Shown here one piece after another: positions 31,914 through 32,000 of a stretch of 32,000 nt of DNA. Each line of letters opens with the position of its first letter. The first letter of the stretch is position 1. The notes below the pieces were generated by a model. It was not told where the DNA came from, did not search any database, and was given only the letters and a program-made list of their open reading frames with translations. The translations under genes were made by a program, and so were the position numbers. Origin of the DNA: an uncultured Actinomycetes bacterium (GTDB lineage: Bacteria > Actinomycetota > Actinomycetes > S36-B12 > CAIYMF01); contig CAWJMG010000003.1 in assembly GCA_963843975.1 (NCBI GenBank), forward strand, positions 1,170,001 through 1,202,000, given 5' to 3'.

Positions 31914-32000
31914 GCGTAGAACACCCTCTCCACGACCCCCCGTGCGCGACGCGTGATCCGCCGGTAGTCGTCCAGCAGTGCCCCGCTCTCGCCGGGAGCG
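31910..32000 (-). CDS. 3' end of an unidentified gene (possibly a small transcriptional regulator), truncated by the window edge
   Basis: Hand translation of the minus strand: ...APGESGALLDDYRRITRRARGVVERVFYA*. The stop overlaps the MFS GTG start. Confidence 0.4.
   Translation of the reverse strand, partial: APGESGALLDDYRRITRRARGVVERVFYA

Noticed and set aside
1-32000. Searched by eye for CRISPR arrays, tRNA/rRNA genes, IS-element terminal inverted repeats, integrase/transposase genes and obvious phage-defence gene sets.
   Set aside because: None were found. The only repeats are the (GCCGTT)4 microsatellite, the 63-bp-period tandem hairpins and the short operator/promoter motifs reported above. 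The only mobile-type gene is the frameshifted DUF222/HNH gene.

Overview
Very high-GC, gene-dense chromosomal DNA with actinobacterial character: GTG starts, ATGA/GTGA coupled genes, an UsfX/SigF-type operon, Ku/LigD, and a PIG-L deacetylase. I saw no rRNA, tRNA, CRISPR array, IS element or prophage. Many long ORFs in the six-frame track are GC-driven shadow ORFs and were discarded.

The window has four parts:
- 1-6.9 kb, thiol/redox theme: ArsR fragment, Cys-motif permease, Trx-fold protein, malic enzyme, PIG-L deacetylase, secreted DUF2202 protein, then trxA, rhodanese lipoprotein, CPVC membrane protein and unknowns. This part is decorated with ATACCCC-N2-GGGGTAT palindromes of the CsoR/RicR/CstR operator type. 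No cognate regulator gene is present in the window.
- 7-9.9 kb: an MFS transporter, a membrane protein and a hydrolase.
- 9.9-24.8 kb, stress-sigma island: one SigF/SigB-type sigma factor with an UsfX-like anti-sigma, two further RsbW-like kinases, two STAS antagonists and a GAF-GAF-PP2C phosphatase. Interleaved with these are classic general-stress genes (CsbD, SRPBCC, YtxH-like, GlsB/YeaQ, ferritin-like, tiny hydrophilic ORFs), the NHEJ genes (ku, LigD-Pol), and a RecQ-like helicase with a ComF/PRTase-like tail.
- 24.8-32 kb: a tandem hairpin repeat, an orphan ORF, a frameshifted DUF222/HNH gene, VOC, a frameshifted alpha/beta hydrolase, GNAT, an AlkZ-like glycosylase and an MFS transporter.

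The strongest result is in the stress island. Reading by eye, I found nine strict plus two relaxed GTTT-N15/16-GGGNAY promoter motifs there, all intergenic and ten of them correctly oriented upstream of genes. The other leads are the operator-decorated trx-rhodanese-CPVC module, a pair of face-to-face promoters at 13.2-13.3 kb, and the tandem hairpin repeat at 24.9-25.0 kb.
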